Source of the DNA: Octopus sinensis
Taxonomy: Eukaryota
NCBI RefSeq assembly: GCF_006345805.1
Contig: NW_021832709.1
Location: 1-27,722, forward strand
Direction of reading: 5' to 3'
Length of the DNA: 27,722 bases
Shown here: piece by piece, positions 1-10,139 of the stretch
Layout of the letters: every line of letters begins with the position of its first letter
How positions within the stretch are numbered: position 1 is the stretch's first letter
Made by a program: the position numbers and the translations under genes
Notes under the pieces: model-generated
Seen by the model: the letters and a program-made list of their open reading frames with translations, nothing else
What the model was told of the DNA's origin: nothing
Databases searched by the model: none

Positions 1-94
1 GTGTTTCATGTTCTTGTCCTGTCTGTATTATTTTATTTTTTACTGTTTACACATATATATATATATAATAGTATATATATATATATATATATAA

Positions 95-335
95 ACACCA
101 TCCGATCATGGCCGTTCGCCAGCCTCGTCTGGCACCTGTGTCGGTGGCACATAAAATCACCCACTACACTCTCGGAGTGGTTGGCATTAGGAAATGCATC
201 CAGGTGTAGAAACACTGCCAGATCAGACTGGGCCTGGTGCAGCCTTCTGGCTCCCCAGACCTCAGTTGAACCGTCCAACCCATGCTAGCATGGAAAGCGG
301 ACGTTAAACGATGATGATGATGATGATGATGATGA

Positions 336-340
<5 letters not shown>
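95..340 (+). mobile_element. 5'-truncated retroposon 3' end, family C, (GAT)n tail
   Basis: Shares GGTTGGC(A/G)TTAGGAA..GCATCCAG, ACACTGCCAGAT and CCAACCCATGCTAGC..GGA(C/T)G(C/T)TAAA(C/T)GATGATG with 1235-1541 and 1602-1706; the short-repeat tail is typical of non-LTR retrotransposition. Confidence 0.85.
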
Positions 341-379
<39 letters not shown>

Positions 380-420
380 ATTTAGGAATGGTCATTTTGC
401 CAGTTTAACCAATACATATA

Positions 421-791
421 CTCTTTTACTCTTTTACTTGTTTCAGTCATTTGACTGCGGCCATGCTGGATCACCGCCTTTAGTACTTATTCTATCGGTC
501 TCTTTTTGCCGAACCGCTAAGTTACGGGACGTAGACACACCAGCATCGGTTGTCAAGCAATGCTAGGGGGACAAACACAAGACAACAACACAAACACATA
601 CACACACATATAATATATAACATATATACGACAGGCTTCTTTCAGTTTCTGTCTACCAAATCCACTCACAAGGCATTGGTCGGCCCGGGGCTATAGCAGA
701 AGACACTTGCCCAAGATGCCACGCAGTGGGACTGAACCCGGAACCATGTGGTTGGTTAGCAAGCTACTTACCACACAGCCACTCCTGCGCC
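421..791 (-). mobile_element. Family A tRNA-derived SINE, near full length (internal deletion)
   Basis: Reverse complement gives the GGCGCAGGAG head, A box TGGCTGTGTGGT, B box GGTTCAGTCCC, CTTGGGCAAGT CORE-like motif and (AGTAAAAG)n tail. Confidence 0.92.
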
Positions 792-823
792 TATATATAT
801 TATATACAATCATACATACATAC

Positions 824-1228
824 ACACAGGCATGGCTATGTAGTAAGAAGCTTGCTTCCCAACCACATGGTTCTGGGTTCATTCCCACTGTGTCACACCT
901 TGGAGGCAAGCGTCTTCTGCTATAGCCTTGAGCTGACCAAAGCCTTATGAGTCGATTTGGTAGGCAGAAAGTGAAAGAAGCCTGTTGTATATGTGTGTGT
1001 GTGAGTGTATGTATATATTTCTGTATTTACGTCTGGCCCCCATCACTGCTCGCTTGACAGCCAATGTTGGTATGTTTACATTCTTGTAACTTAGTGGTTT
1101 GGTAAAAGAGACCGATAGAATAAGTACTAGGCTTACACAGAATAAATCCTGGGCTTGATTTGTTCAACTAAAGACGGTGCTCCAGCATGGTCACATTGAA
1201 ATGACTGACACAAGTGAAAGAATAAAAG
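824..1228 (+). mobile_element. Family A SINE, older diverged copy, head-to-head with 421-791
   Basis: Colinear with family A along its whole length, with many substitutions. Confidence 0.88.
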
Positions 1229-1234
1229 AACATT

Positions 1235-1541
1235 CGCGACCGTTGCCAGCACCGCCCCGTTTCGTGTCCGTTGCCAGCCTCGCCTGGCCCTCGTGCCGGT
1301 GGCACATAAAAAGCACCATCCGTTCGTGGCCGTTTGCCAGCTCTGTCTGGCACCAGTGCGGGTGGCACGTAAAAAGCACCCACTACACTCACGGAGTGGT
1401 TGGCGTTAGGAAGGGCATCCAGCCGTAGAAACACTGCCAGATTTGACTGGGCCTGATGAAGCCTTCTGGCTTCACAGACCCCAGTAGAACCGTCCAACCC
1501 ATGCTAGCATGAAAACGGACGCTAAATGATGATGATGATGA
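1235..1541 (+). mobile_element. Family C retroposon with internal ~65-bp tandem units and (GAT)n tail
   Basis: CCGTT(T)GCCAGC...GGTGGCAC(A/G)TAAAAAGCACC occurs twice; 3' end as in 95-340. Confidence 0.85.
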
Positions 1542-1562
1542 TATATATATATATATATATAT

Positions 1563-1706
1563 GGTCTAGGAAGCCAGGGTCAGCACCAGGCTCCAGTCTG
1601 AACACTGCCAGATCAGACTGGAGCCAGGTGCTGCCCCTGGCTTCCCAGACCCCAGTCGAACCGTCCAACCCATGCTAGCGCGGAAACGGATGTTAAATGA
1701 TGATGA
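1563..1706 (+). mobile_element. Family C 3' fragment with 5' inverted duplication
   Basis: 1563-1601 is the reverse complement of 1613-1651 with 3 mismatches; ends in GTTAAATGATGATGAT. Confidence 0.85.
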
Positions 1707-1973
1707 TATATATATACAAACACACAATCAAGATTCAGCTGAATTAGGTGCTTAAATTAAGGCACCTCGTTAGGTCAGAGTAACATGCAACCCTAATAAT
1801 AAAATCAATTAAAGGAGTCAATGGAAACGGCCGGCCGTAGTGGACTGACACCTGTACCTCTTCGTTACTCACTTATGCACACACACACACACATATATAT
1901 ATATGCTCATATGCGTACACACATGCATGTGTACGGTGATGAATGGATTGTTTCCAAAGTGAACATGACTCAC

Positions 1974-1999
1974 CAGTGAGTACAGTTGACAATGGCCAG
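1974..1999 (-). other. Candidate 26-nt micro-exon
   Basis: Minus strand reads TTTTTTTACAG|CTGGCCATTGTCAACTGTACTCACTG|GTGAGT: consensus acceptor and donor in non-repeat DNA; open in all three frames. Confidence 0.25.
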
Positions 2000-2087
2000 C
2001 TGTAAAAAAATTTTTTCAGATTTGATTAAGACATTTTAGAAAATAATCAACTTCAATGACACACAATTACAACAGACTATATATGTA

Positions 2088-2482
2088 GTGGCAGGTGTGG
2101 CTGTGTGGTAAGTAGCTTGTTTACCAACCACATGGTTCCGGGTTCAGGCCCACTGCGTGGCACCTTGGCCAAGTGTCTTCTACTATAGCCTTGGGCCGAC
2201 CAAAGCCTTGTGAGTGGATTTGGTAGATGGAAACTGAAAGAAGCCCATCGTATATATGTATGTGTGTGTGTGTCTGTGTTTGTCCCCCTAGCATTGCTTG
2301 ACAACTGATGCTGGTGTGTTTACGTCCCCATCACTTAGCGGTTCGGCAGAAGAGACCGATAGAATAAGTACTGGGCTTACAAAGAATGAGTCCTGGGGTC
2401 GAGTTGCTCGATTAAAGGCAGTGCTCCAGCAAAGGCCACAGTCAAATGACTGAAACAAGTAAAAGAGAGAGTAAAAGAGTAA
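2088..2482 (+). mobile_element. Family A SINE, full length
   Basis: A and B boxes, CORE-like motif, internal (TA)(TG) run, AGTAAAAGAG tail. Confidence 0.93.
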
Positions 2483-2709
2483 GCCTCTGAGCAGGTATCG
2501 CCAAGCTTTTGGTAAAATATGATGCTGAGGCTGATTCTCTGCTCAACTTTCTGTCATGGTCAATGCGATGATCACACACTACACACCTTCCTTCCAAGCA
2601 TTGCTGTAAACAGTGGAAGTGAGCTACAACGTTAAAATTTAGTGTGCATGTGCAGCAGAGTTCAAGGTTAATCTGTGCCATGCGACCTCACTCTGTGAAC
2701 TTTAGCTTC

Positions 2710-2723
2710 GTTACTATGGCAAC
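2710..2723. promoter_or_regulatory. Candidate RFX X-box (GTTACTATGGCAAC)
   Basis: Matches the X-box consensus GTHNYYATRRNAAC at every position; lies in a unique island; motif match only. Confidence 0.35.
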
Positions 2724-2751
2724 AGTCCGGATACTTATGGATCAGATCACG

Positions 2752-2784
<33 letters not shown>

Positions 2785-2975
2785 TCTTTTGCTTGTTCCA
2801 GTTGACTGTAGCCATGCTGGAGCACTGCCTATAGTCAAACAAATCAAGCCCAGAGCTTATTCTTTGTAAGTCTAGTACTTATTCTATCGGTCTTTTTTGC
2901 CGAACCACTAAGTTACGGGGATACAAACACACCAACATTGGTTGTCAAGTGATGGGCATGGGGCAAACACACACA
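2785..2975 (-). mobile_element. Family A-related SINE, 3' half only, older subfamily
   Basis: GCCATGCTGGAGCAC, AGTACTTATTCTATCGGTC and GCCGAACC blocks; stops at the internal microsatellite. Confidence 0.85.
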
Positions 2976-2993
2976 CACACACACATATATATA

Positions 2994-3363
2994 GGCACAG
3001 GTGGTAAGTAGCTTGCTAACCAACCACATGGTTCCAGGTTCAGTCCCACTGTGTGGTACCTTGGGCAAGTGTCTTCTACTATAGCCTCGGGCTGACCAAT
3101 GCACTATGAATGAATTTGGTAGACGGAAACTGAAAGAAGCCCATCATAAATGTGTGTGTGTGTCTGTGTGTCCATCTTTGTTGCCCCACCATTGCTTGAC
3201 AACCGAGGGTGGTGTGTTTACATCTCTATAACTTAGCAGTTCAGCAAAGCAGACTAATAGAATAAGTACTAGGCTTACAAAGAATAACTTCTGGGGTTGA
3301 TTTGTTCAACTAAAGGCAGTGCTCCAGCATGGCTGCAGTCAAATGACTAAAACAAACAAAAGA
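2994..3363 (+). mobile_element. Family A SINE, small deletion in the A-box region
   Basis: GGCACAGGTGGTAAG versus GGCGCAGGAGTGGCTGTGTGGTAAG in other copies; the rest is colinear. Confidence 0.9.
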
Positions 3364-3379
3364 ATATATACATATATAT

Positions 3380-3541
3380 GACAGGCTTCTTTCAGTTTCC
3401 GTCTACCAAATCCACTCACAAGGCATTGGTCGGCCCGAGGCTATAGTAGAAGACACTTGCCCAAGATGCCACCCAGTGGGACTGAACCCGGAACCATGTG
3501 GTTGGTTAGCAAGCTACTTAACACACAGCCACTCCTGCGCC
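3380..3541 (-). mobile_element. Family A SINE, 5' half only, young
   Basis: About 6 differences in 162 bp from the copy at 18547-18710; ends at the internal (TA)n position. Confidence 0.9.
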
Positions 3542-3944
3542 TATATATATATATATATATAAATACACACACATATATCTACACACACACACACAGATAT
3601 ATATATATATATATACAAACAAGTCTTTATAGGTACATGTATGTGTTATGTCATATGTAAATACATATACATGTGTCATATACGTATATATACATATGCA
3701 CACACATGGACACACCCACAAAGATGATTGCATCAAGCAATCAGATGAGTAAGTTAATAAGAGGACAGGTGGTGGATCAAGTGGCATTTCGAATGAATGA
3801 ATGAGTTGGCCATGACGAAGGAGACGGAGAGGGGAGTAGTGAGAGGATGAATGAGACACAAAGAAGAATGAAGAGTCACAGAATGCTACTGAAAGAGGGT
3901 GAGGCGGACAGAGTTACATGTGTGGGCGTGAGTGTGTGCACATG

Positions 3945-4220
3945 TGCATGTATATACATACATATATATATATATATAAAACCCTTAATTACTTAGTATT
4001 ACTATATATATATATATATATATATACATACACACATATATACACATGTACATATATATATATACATATATATGTATATATATACATATATATGTATATA
4101 TATATATATACATATATAAATACATATATATATATATACACACACATGGTATATATATGTATATACATACATATATAACACATAATTATATATACACATA
4201 TATATACATACACACACTAC

Positions 4221-4266
<46 letters not shown>

Positions 4267-4490
4267 TATACATACACACACACATATATATATATATACA
4301 CATATATATGTAGCACATAATTATATATGTATATATACATACACGGACTGCATATATAATGTTGTGGTGTGTGTGTGTATCTGTATGTATATATGAATAC
4401 ATAGACTCATACATGCATATTTATGTGTCCATATATGTGTGCCAATGTACATGCACATATACACACACATATATATACACACACATACAC
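3945..4490. repeat. (TA)n/(CA)n compound microsatellite field
   Basis: Seen directly; generates the YIYI ORFs. Confidence 0.95.
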
Positions 4491-4624
4491 GCAAGAGGGG
4501 TAGAAAGTGAATGGATGCTGAGTTGATGATGAGATGACGAAGATGAGAGCCACAGAGAGGAGTTAAAAGGGGGGGGGAGAAAGGCCCGATGACTAATCAG
4601 TTAGAACAAACTTTTGCTGCTGCT

Positions 4625-4643
4625 GACGATGATGATGGTGATG

Positions 4644-4675
<32 letters not shown>

Positions 4676-4743
4676 GGTGGTGGTGATGGTGATGATGAGG
4701 ATGATGATGATGATGATGGTGGGGGTGATGATGATGATGGTGG

Positions 4744-4774
<31 letters not shown>

Positions 4775-4830
4775 GATGGTGATGATGAGGATGATGATGA
4801 TGATGGTGGTGATGGTGATGATGAGGATGG

Positions 4831-4861
<31 letters not shown>

Positions 4862-4923
4862 GATGATGAGGAGGAGGAGGAGGATGATGGTGATGATGGT
4901 GGTGGTGGTGATGATGAGGATGG

Positions 4924-4954
<31 letters not shown>

Positions 4955-4958
4955 GATA

Positions 4959-5003
<45 letters not shown>

Positions 5004-5343
5004 ATGATGATGGTGGTGGTGATGGTGGTGGTGGTGGTGGTTATGATGATGATGATGATAGTGATGATGATGATGATGATAGTGATGATGATGATGATGA
5101 TGATGAGGATGATGATGATGATGGTGGTGGTGATGATGATGATGGTGGTGGTGGTGATGGTGAGGATGGTGATGATGATGATGATGATGATGGTGATGAT
5201 GATGGTGATGATGGTGATGATGATGATGGCAATGATGATAGTGATGATGATGGTGATGATGGTGGTGATGGTGGTGATGGTGATGATGATGATGATGGTG
5301 ATGATGAGGATGGTGATGATGGTGATGATGAGGATGGTGATGG
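4625..5343. repeat. (GAT/GGT/GAG)n trinucleotide array, ~720 bp
   Basis: Seen directly; generates the poly-D/G, poly-H, poly-M and poly-I ORFs. Confidence 0.97.
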
Positions 5344-5379
5344 CTGTGTAGAGCAATCATAAAATGAATGACATGCATA

Positions 5380-5447
5380 GGTGCAGGAATGGCTGTGTGG
5401 TTAAGAAGCTTGCTTTAAAACCACAGGGTTTTTGAGTTCAGTCCCAC
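5380..5447 (+). mobile_element. Family A-like tRNA head only, diverged
   Basis: GGTGCAGGAATGGCTGTGTGGTTAAG...GAGTTCAGTCCCA (A and B boxes). Confidence 0.75.
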
Positions 5448-5498
5448 TTTACAGATGCAATCCCATGGTCAGTCATGACCGAAGGGGGTCTTAGCCTA

Positions 5499-5700
5499 TG
5501 TGACCTTGTGTGTACCGTTGGGGAATTTTTTTTTTTCCTCTGTCTTCTCTTCTCTGGATCTTTCCTTCTCCTATGCCTCCGATGAAGAGCTCCGCTCGAA
5601 ACGTTAAACCCTCCTTCTTTCCTGAGCGTCCAATAATACTCTTTTTTGTTCCACGTCCTCGCGTCGTTGTGTTTTTTGTGCTTTCTTGTTTGGATTAACT
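5499..5700 (+). mobile_element. Probable Penelope-like pLTR / retrozyme-like fragment with a degenerate minimal hammerhead motif
   Basis: CCGATGA-A-GAGC(TCC)GCTC-GAAA-CGTT at 5579-5605 resembles the CUGANGA / stem II / GAAA core of PLE hammerheads; family assignment is inference. Confidence 0.5.
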
Positions 5701-5713
5701 TTATATATATATA

Positions 5714-6099
5714 CTCTTTTTACTCTTTTACTTGTTTCAGTCATATGACTGCGGCCATGCTGGAGCACCACCTTTAATCGAGTAACTCCGGGACTTATTC
5801 TTTTGTAAGCCCAGTACTTATTCTATCGGTCTCTTTTGCTGAACCGCTAAGTTACGGGGATGTAAACACACCAGCATCGGTTGTCAAGCAATGCTAGGGG
5901 GACAAACACAGACACACAAACATATACACACACACATATATACGACAGGCTTCTTTCAGTTTCAGTCTACGAAATCCTCTCACAAGGCATTGGTCGGCCC
6001 GGGGCTATAGCAGAAGACACTTGCCCAAAATGCCACACAGTGGGACTGAACCCGGAACCATGTGGTTGGTTAGCAAGCTCACACAGCCACTCCTGCGCC
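5714..6099 (-). mobile_element. Family A SINE, full length
   Basis: Colinear with family A; TATA on both flanks. Confidence 0.93.
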
Positions 6100-6234
6100 T
6101 ATAGATATATTACATATAAAATTAGTGTAGTTTTCTATACACAAAAGAGGTGAATTTAACAGGACACCTTACATGCTGAAAAGAGCAGTTAAAACCCAAA
6201 CCACGGATAAGAGTAATTTCAAAGGTGATGAAAA

Positions 6235-6282
6235 ATAAAATCATTTCAATAGTTACCTAGGTAACTATTGAAATGTTTTTAT
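6235..6282. repeat. 48-bp palindrome with a perfect 34-bp core (6242-6275)
   Basis: CATTTCAATAGTTACCTAGGTAACTATTGAAATG is self-complementary and extends by ATAAAA/TTTTAT after one mismatch. Confidence 0.95.
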
Positions 6283-6288
6283 GCCCCT

Positions 6289-6566
6289 GGGCATATGGCA
6301 TAGTGGTTAAGAGCACGGGCTACTAACCCCAAGATTTTGAGTTCGATTCCAGGCAGTGACCTGAATAATAATAATAAGAAGAAGAAGAAGAAGAAAAATG
6401 ATAATAACATCGAAAAATACCTTAGGAATGAGAACCTAAGTTTGCAATTTCCCCAAGACACCTGATGAAAGCTGGAGGGTTAACAAACAAGATGAGGACA
6501 AATATCTGTCAAATGTAAATAATGTAAATAATGTACGTAATTCCTCATCTCTTAAATATAGAACTA
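6289..6566 (+). mobile_element. Family E tRNA-derived SINE-like element
   Basis: A box TGGCATAGTGGTT, anticodon-like arm (loop CTACTAA), B box GAGTTCGATTCC; no acceptor-stem pairing; internal (AAT)(GAA) run; ACACCTGATGAAAGCTG at 6458-6474. Confidence 0.75.
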
Positions 6567-6589
6567 TATTAAAAGAATATATATATATA

Positions 6590-6950
6590 CTTATTCTATT
6601 GGTCTCTTATACCAGACATCTAAGCTATGGGGATGTAAACAAACCAACACTAGTTGCCAAGTGGTGGTCAAGCCCTCACATTTGCATATATATGAGAGGC
6701 TTTCTCACAGTTTCCCTCTACCAAATTTATTTTACAGCTATAGTAGAAGACATTTTGCCAAGGTGCCACGCAGTGGGACTGAACCCCAAACCCTTAGCAC
6801 CGCTTTTAGTCGACTTCTTTGTAAGCCTAGTACTTGTTCTATCAGTCTATTTTGTTGAACTGCTAAGTTACAGGGACGTAAACACACCAGCATCGGTTGT
6901 CAAGTGATGTTTGGGGGATAAACACAGACGCACACATACATATATATGTG

Positions 6951-6987
<37 letters not shown>

Positions 6988-7136
6988 GACAGGCTTCTTT
7001 CAGTTTCCGTCTACCAAATCCACTCACAAGGCTGTGATCGGCCCAAGGCTATAGTAGAAGACACTTGCCCAAGGTGCTACGCAGTGGGACTGAACCTGGA
7101 ACCATGTGGTTAGGAAAGCAAGCCACTCCTGCACCT
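6590..7136 (-). mobile_element. Family A fragments: a deleted old copy plus a copy at 6797-7136 with an expanded internal microsatellite
   Basis: Recognisable family A blocks; head CACTCCTGCACC ends at 7136. Confidence 0.8.
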
Positions 7137-7170
7137 ATATGTATATATTTATGTATCATCCTCATATATA

Positions 7171-7571
7171 GGCGTAGAAGTGGCTGTGTGGTAAGTAGCT
7201 TGTTTACCAACCACATGGTTCCGGGTTCAGTCCCACTGCGTGGCACCTTGGGCAAGTGTCTTCTACTATAGCCTCAGGCCGACCAAAGCCTTGTGAGTGG
7301 ATTTGGTAGACGGAAACTGAAATACGCCTGTCATATATATGTGTGTGTGTGTCTGTGTATGTTTGCGTGTCTGTGTTTGTCCCCACAAAATCGCTTGACA
7401 ACCGATGCTGGTGTGTTTATGTCCCCGTAACTTAGTGGTTCGGGTAAAGACACCGATAGAATAAGTACTAGGCTTACAAAGAATAAATCCTGGGGTCGAT
7501 TTGCTTGACACAAGGCGGTGCTCCAGCACGGCCACAGTCAAATGACTGAAACAAGTAAAAGAGTAAAGGAG
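7171..7571 (+). mobile_element. Family A SINE, full length, head-to-head with the preceding copy
   Basis: A and B boxes, CORE-like motif, AGTAAAAGAG tail. Confidence 0.93.
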
Positions 7572-7707
7572 AATATATATAATATATATATATATGATAT
7601 ATAATATTATATTATATATATATTATATATATATATAATATAACATACAATAGGCGTTGTAGGGTCAAGGTCAAGCCATGATTGGCTCAAGACTATAGCA
7701 GAAGAAA

Positions 7708-8122
7708 GGCGAAAGCTGGCAGAAACGTTAGCATGCCGGGTGAAACGCGTAGCCGTATTTCATCTGCCGTTACGTTCTGAGTTCAAATTACGCTGAGGCC
7801 GACTTTGCCTTTCATCTTTTCGGGGTCGATAAATTAAGTACCAGTTATGCACTGGGGTCGATGTATTCGATTTAATCCATTTGTCTTTCCTTGTTTGTCC
7901 CCTCTATGTTTAGCCCCTTGTGGGCAATAAAGAGATAGGTATTTCGTCTGTCTTTAACGTTCTGAGTTCAAATTCCGCCGAGGTCGACTTTGCCTTTCAT
8001 CCTTTCGGGGTCGATAAATTAAGTACCAGTTATGCACTGGGGTCGATGTAATCGACTTAATCCCTTTGTCTGTCCTTGTTTGTCCCCTCTGTGTGTAGCC
8101 CCTTTGTGGGCAGTAAAGAAAT
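7708..8122 (+). mobile_element. Family B SINE: head plus two 184-bp units
   Basis: Head GGCGAAAGCTGGCAGAAACGTTAGC; unit 7755-7938; second unit from 7939 (junction GATAG|GTATTTCG); B box GAGTTCAAATT. Confidence 0.9.
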
Positions 8123-9300
8123 AATTATCTATATATGTGCATATGTGTGTGTGTCTGTGTGTAAGTTTTGCAGATAGGATATGCAGAATAAAAACAACAA
8201 TACGCATAGCAATGACACAGCATGCGAGCATGGGAAAATACTGAATAAATTCAAACAAAGTCGACAGACACACGGCCTTGTTGTGTAAATAGAACGTGCG
8301 CCAGTCAAATGCAGGGGATATGCCCGAATACAAAGGAAAAAAAGCAAGCAGAAAATGCTGTTACTCACAGCAATTTTTTTTATAAGTAGCTCTAAGTAGC
8401 TCTAAGCCCCTCCTTTCTCTCTCTCTCTCTCTTTGTATCTGTACTTGTGTGTTTGTAGCAGGAACAGAAATAGACCCTCAACGGAACTGTCGAAACTAGT
8501 CGCAGTGTTCTCGGGGTTTTCTCGACAGGGGAAAACTCTGTTGCTTCTTCTACAACGTCTATACATCAACTTACACATTAAATCAGAGCGTATGAATGTA
8601 TGTATATATATATATATATATATACGAGTGTGTGTATGTGTGTATAATATATATATATTATGCACACATATAATATACAGACAGTTGAAACATTCCTGTC
8701 ACAACCTGGGACCTTGAAGGCTGCTATAATGCAAGAAATTATACTAGTCCCTTAATATTTGATATTCAGTATTTCATCTATTCAATAAGACAATCAATAC
8801 TTCATTTCATTTTACTATATATATATTATTTATACTATATATTCTATATTCTACATTAATATTATAAAGAATATAAATAAAACAAAAAACAGAGTTGGAA
8901 TTCCTTTGAATACGCAATCTTACAAACCCCTTTATATATATATATATATATACATGTGTATATTCAAAGGGCAAGACCACTAGGTAGTCGGCCGTATGCT
9001 AGAAATAGATCATCAACATGTATTAGAATCTTCTCTGATTTTCAGATTTTTGTATGCTAGGCTACTGGTTTTAAATTGATATTAATTAAATTAATATCAA
9101 ATTTATCTCCCTCATTTATATATATATATATGGAAGGATACATATTTATGAAACTCGTGAATATTTTATATCAGCATGCGTACAATGTCATTATATACAT
9201 ACTATTGGTGTGTGTGTGTATGAATGTAACAGATATATAATTGTAGTATATATGAATAATACATATAATGATATGTATATTATTATATATATATATATAT

Positions 9301-9346
<46 letters not shown>

Positions 9347-10139
9347 TACATTTTGCATGGAGTTCTACATCAGATAAAATTTATTCCCTTTATATTAACA
9401 AAATACACCCATGTACGCTAAAAACAACATTACTACACACACACACATACACACATCCAGAGATAGAGTTGTGCAGACGTATCTACGGTGTCTATTCTTA
9501 CTCTATCAGCAGCAACAACGCCTTCATATGCCACCCGAAGTACCACAGAGGTAGATAGATACATATATACATACATATATACATACATATATATACATAT
9601 ATATATGCATCTCCATATCAAATTTATGTATATATTCATTCATATAAAAACATTTACAGCAAGAATTGAAGGGTACGATAGATACCGAGGTAAAACGATA
9701 TCAGGGTGCAAACAAGACAGACGGGTAGAGAGAGAGAAAGAGAGAGACAAGCACGTAGGCAATGCGGTTGTGGTGGTGGTGGTGATGGTGGTGGCATGTT
9801 TATAGAACGATTACGGTTACGTAGCTGGGTGTTACAGAGGAAATAAAGGGTGGACGGTGTGTGTAAGCCGTATATTGGCGGGTGTGGGGATGGTACACCC
9901 TGAAACAATAACGGGTGACTGCACCATCAACGGAGAACAAGATAAATCGTGACTTCTATTTCATGCTATTACAACTATGTATGTGTGCGTGCGTATGTAC
10001 GTGTGTATATATGAATATATATACATGTGCATATTATACATAGCGTGTATAAGGTATATATACAAATATCATTTATGAAGAAATATGTGCATTATTTATA
10101 TTTAGTCCCAATACATACTAAATGCGTGTGTATAACATG

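Noticed and set aside
1452-1478. CCTGATGAAGCC-TTCT-GGCT as a hammerhead
   Set aside because: No GAAA follows the stem, and sibling copies read CCTGGTGCAGCC, so it is a chance mutation in family C.
4593-5378. His-rich minus-strand ORF as a cephalopod beak-type His-rich protein
   Set aside because: It is simply the reverse frame of the (GAT)n array, with no signal peptide or non-repeat domain.
6289-6362. Functional tRNA gene
   Set aside because: The acceptor stem cannot pair, there is no T-run terminator, and it continues into a SINE-like body.
791-7171. Head-to-head SINE A pairs (791/824 and 7136/7171) as a designed bidirectional unit
   Set aside because: Partners differ in age, and SINE density plus the TA preference explains the adjacency.
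9076-9100. 25-bp AT-rich palindrome TTGATATTAATT-A-AATTAATATCAA
   Set aside because: Low-complexity AT sequence where such symmetry is plausible by chance.
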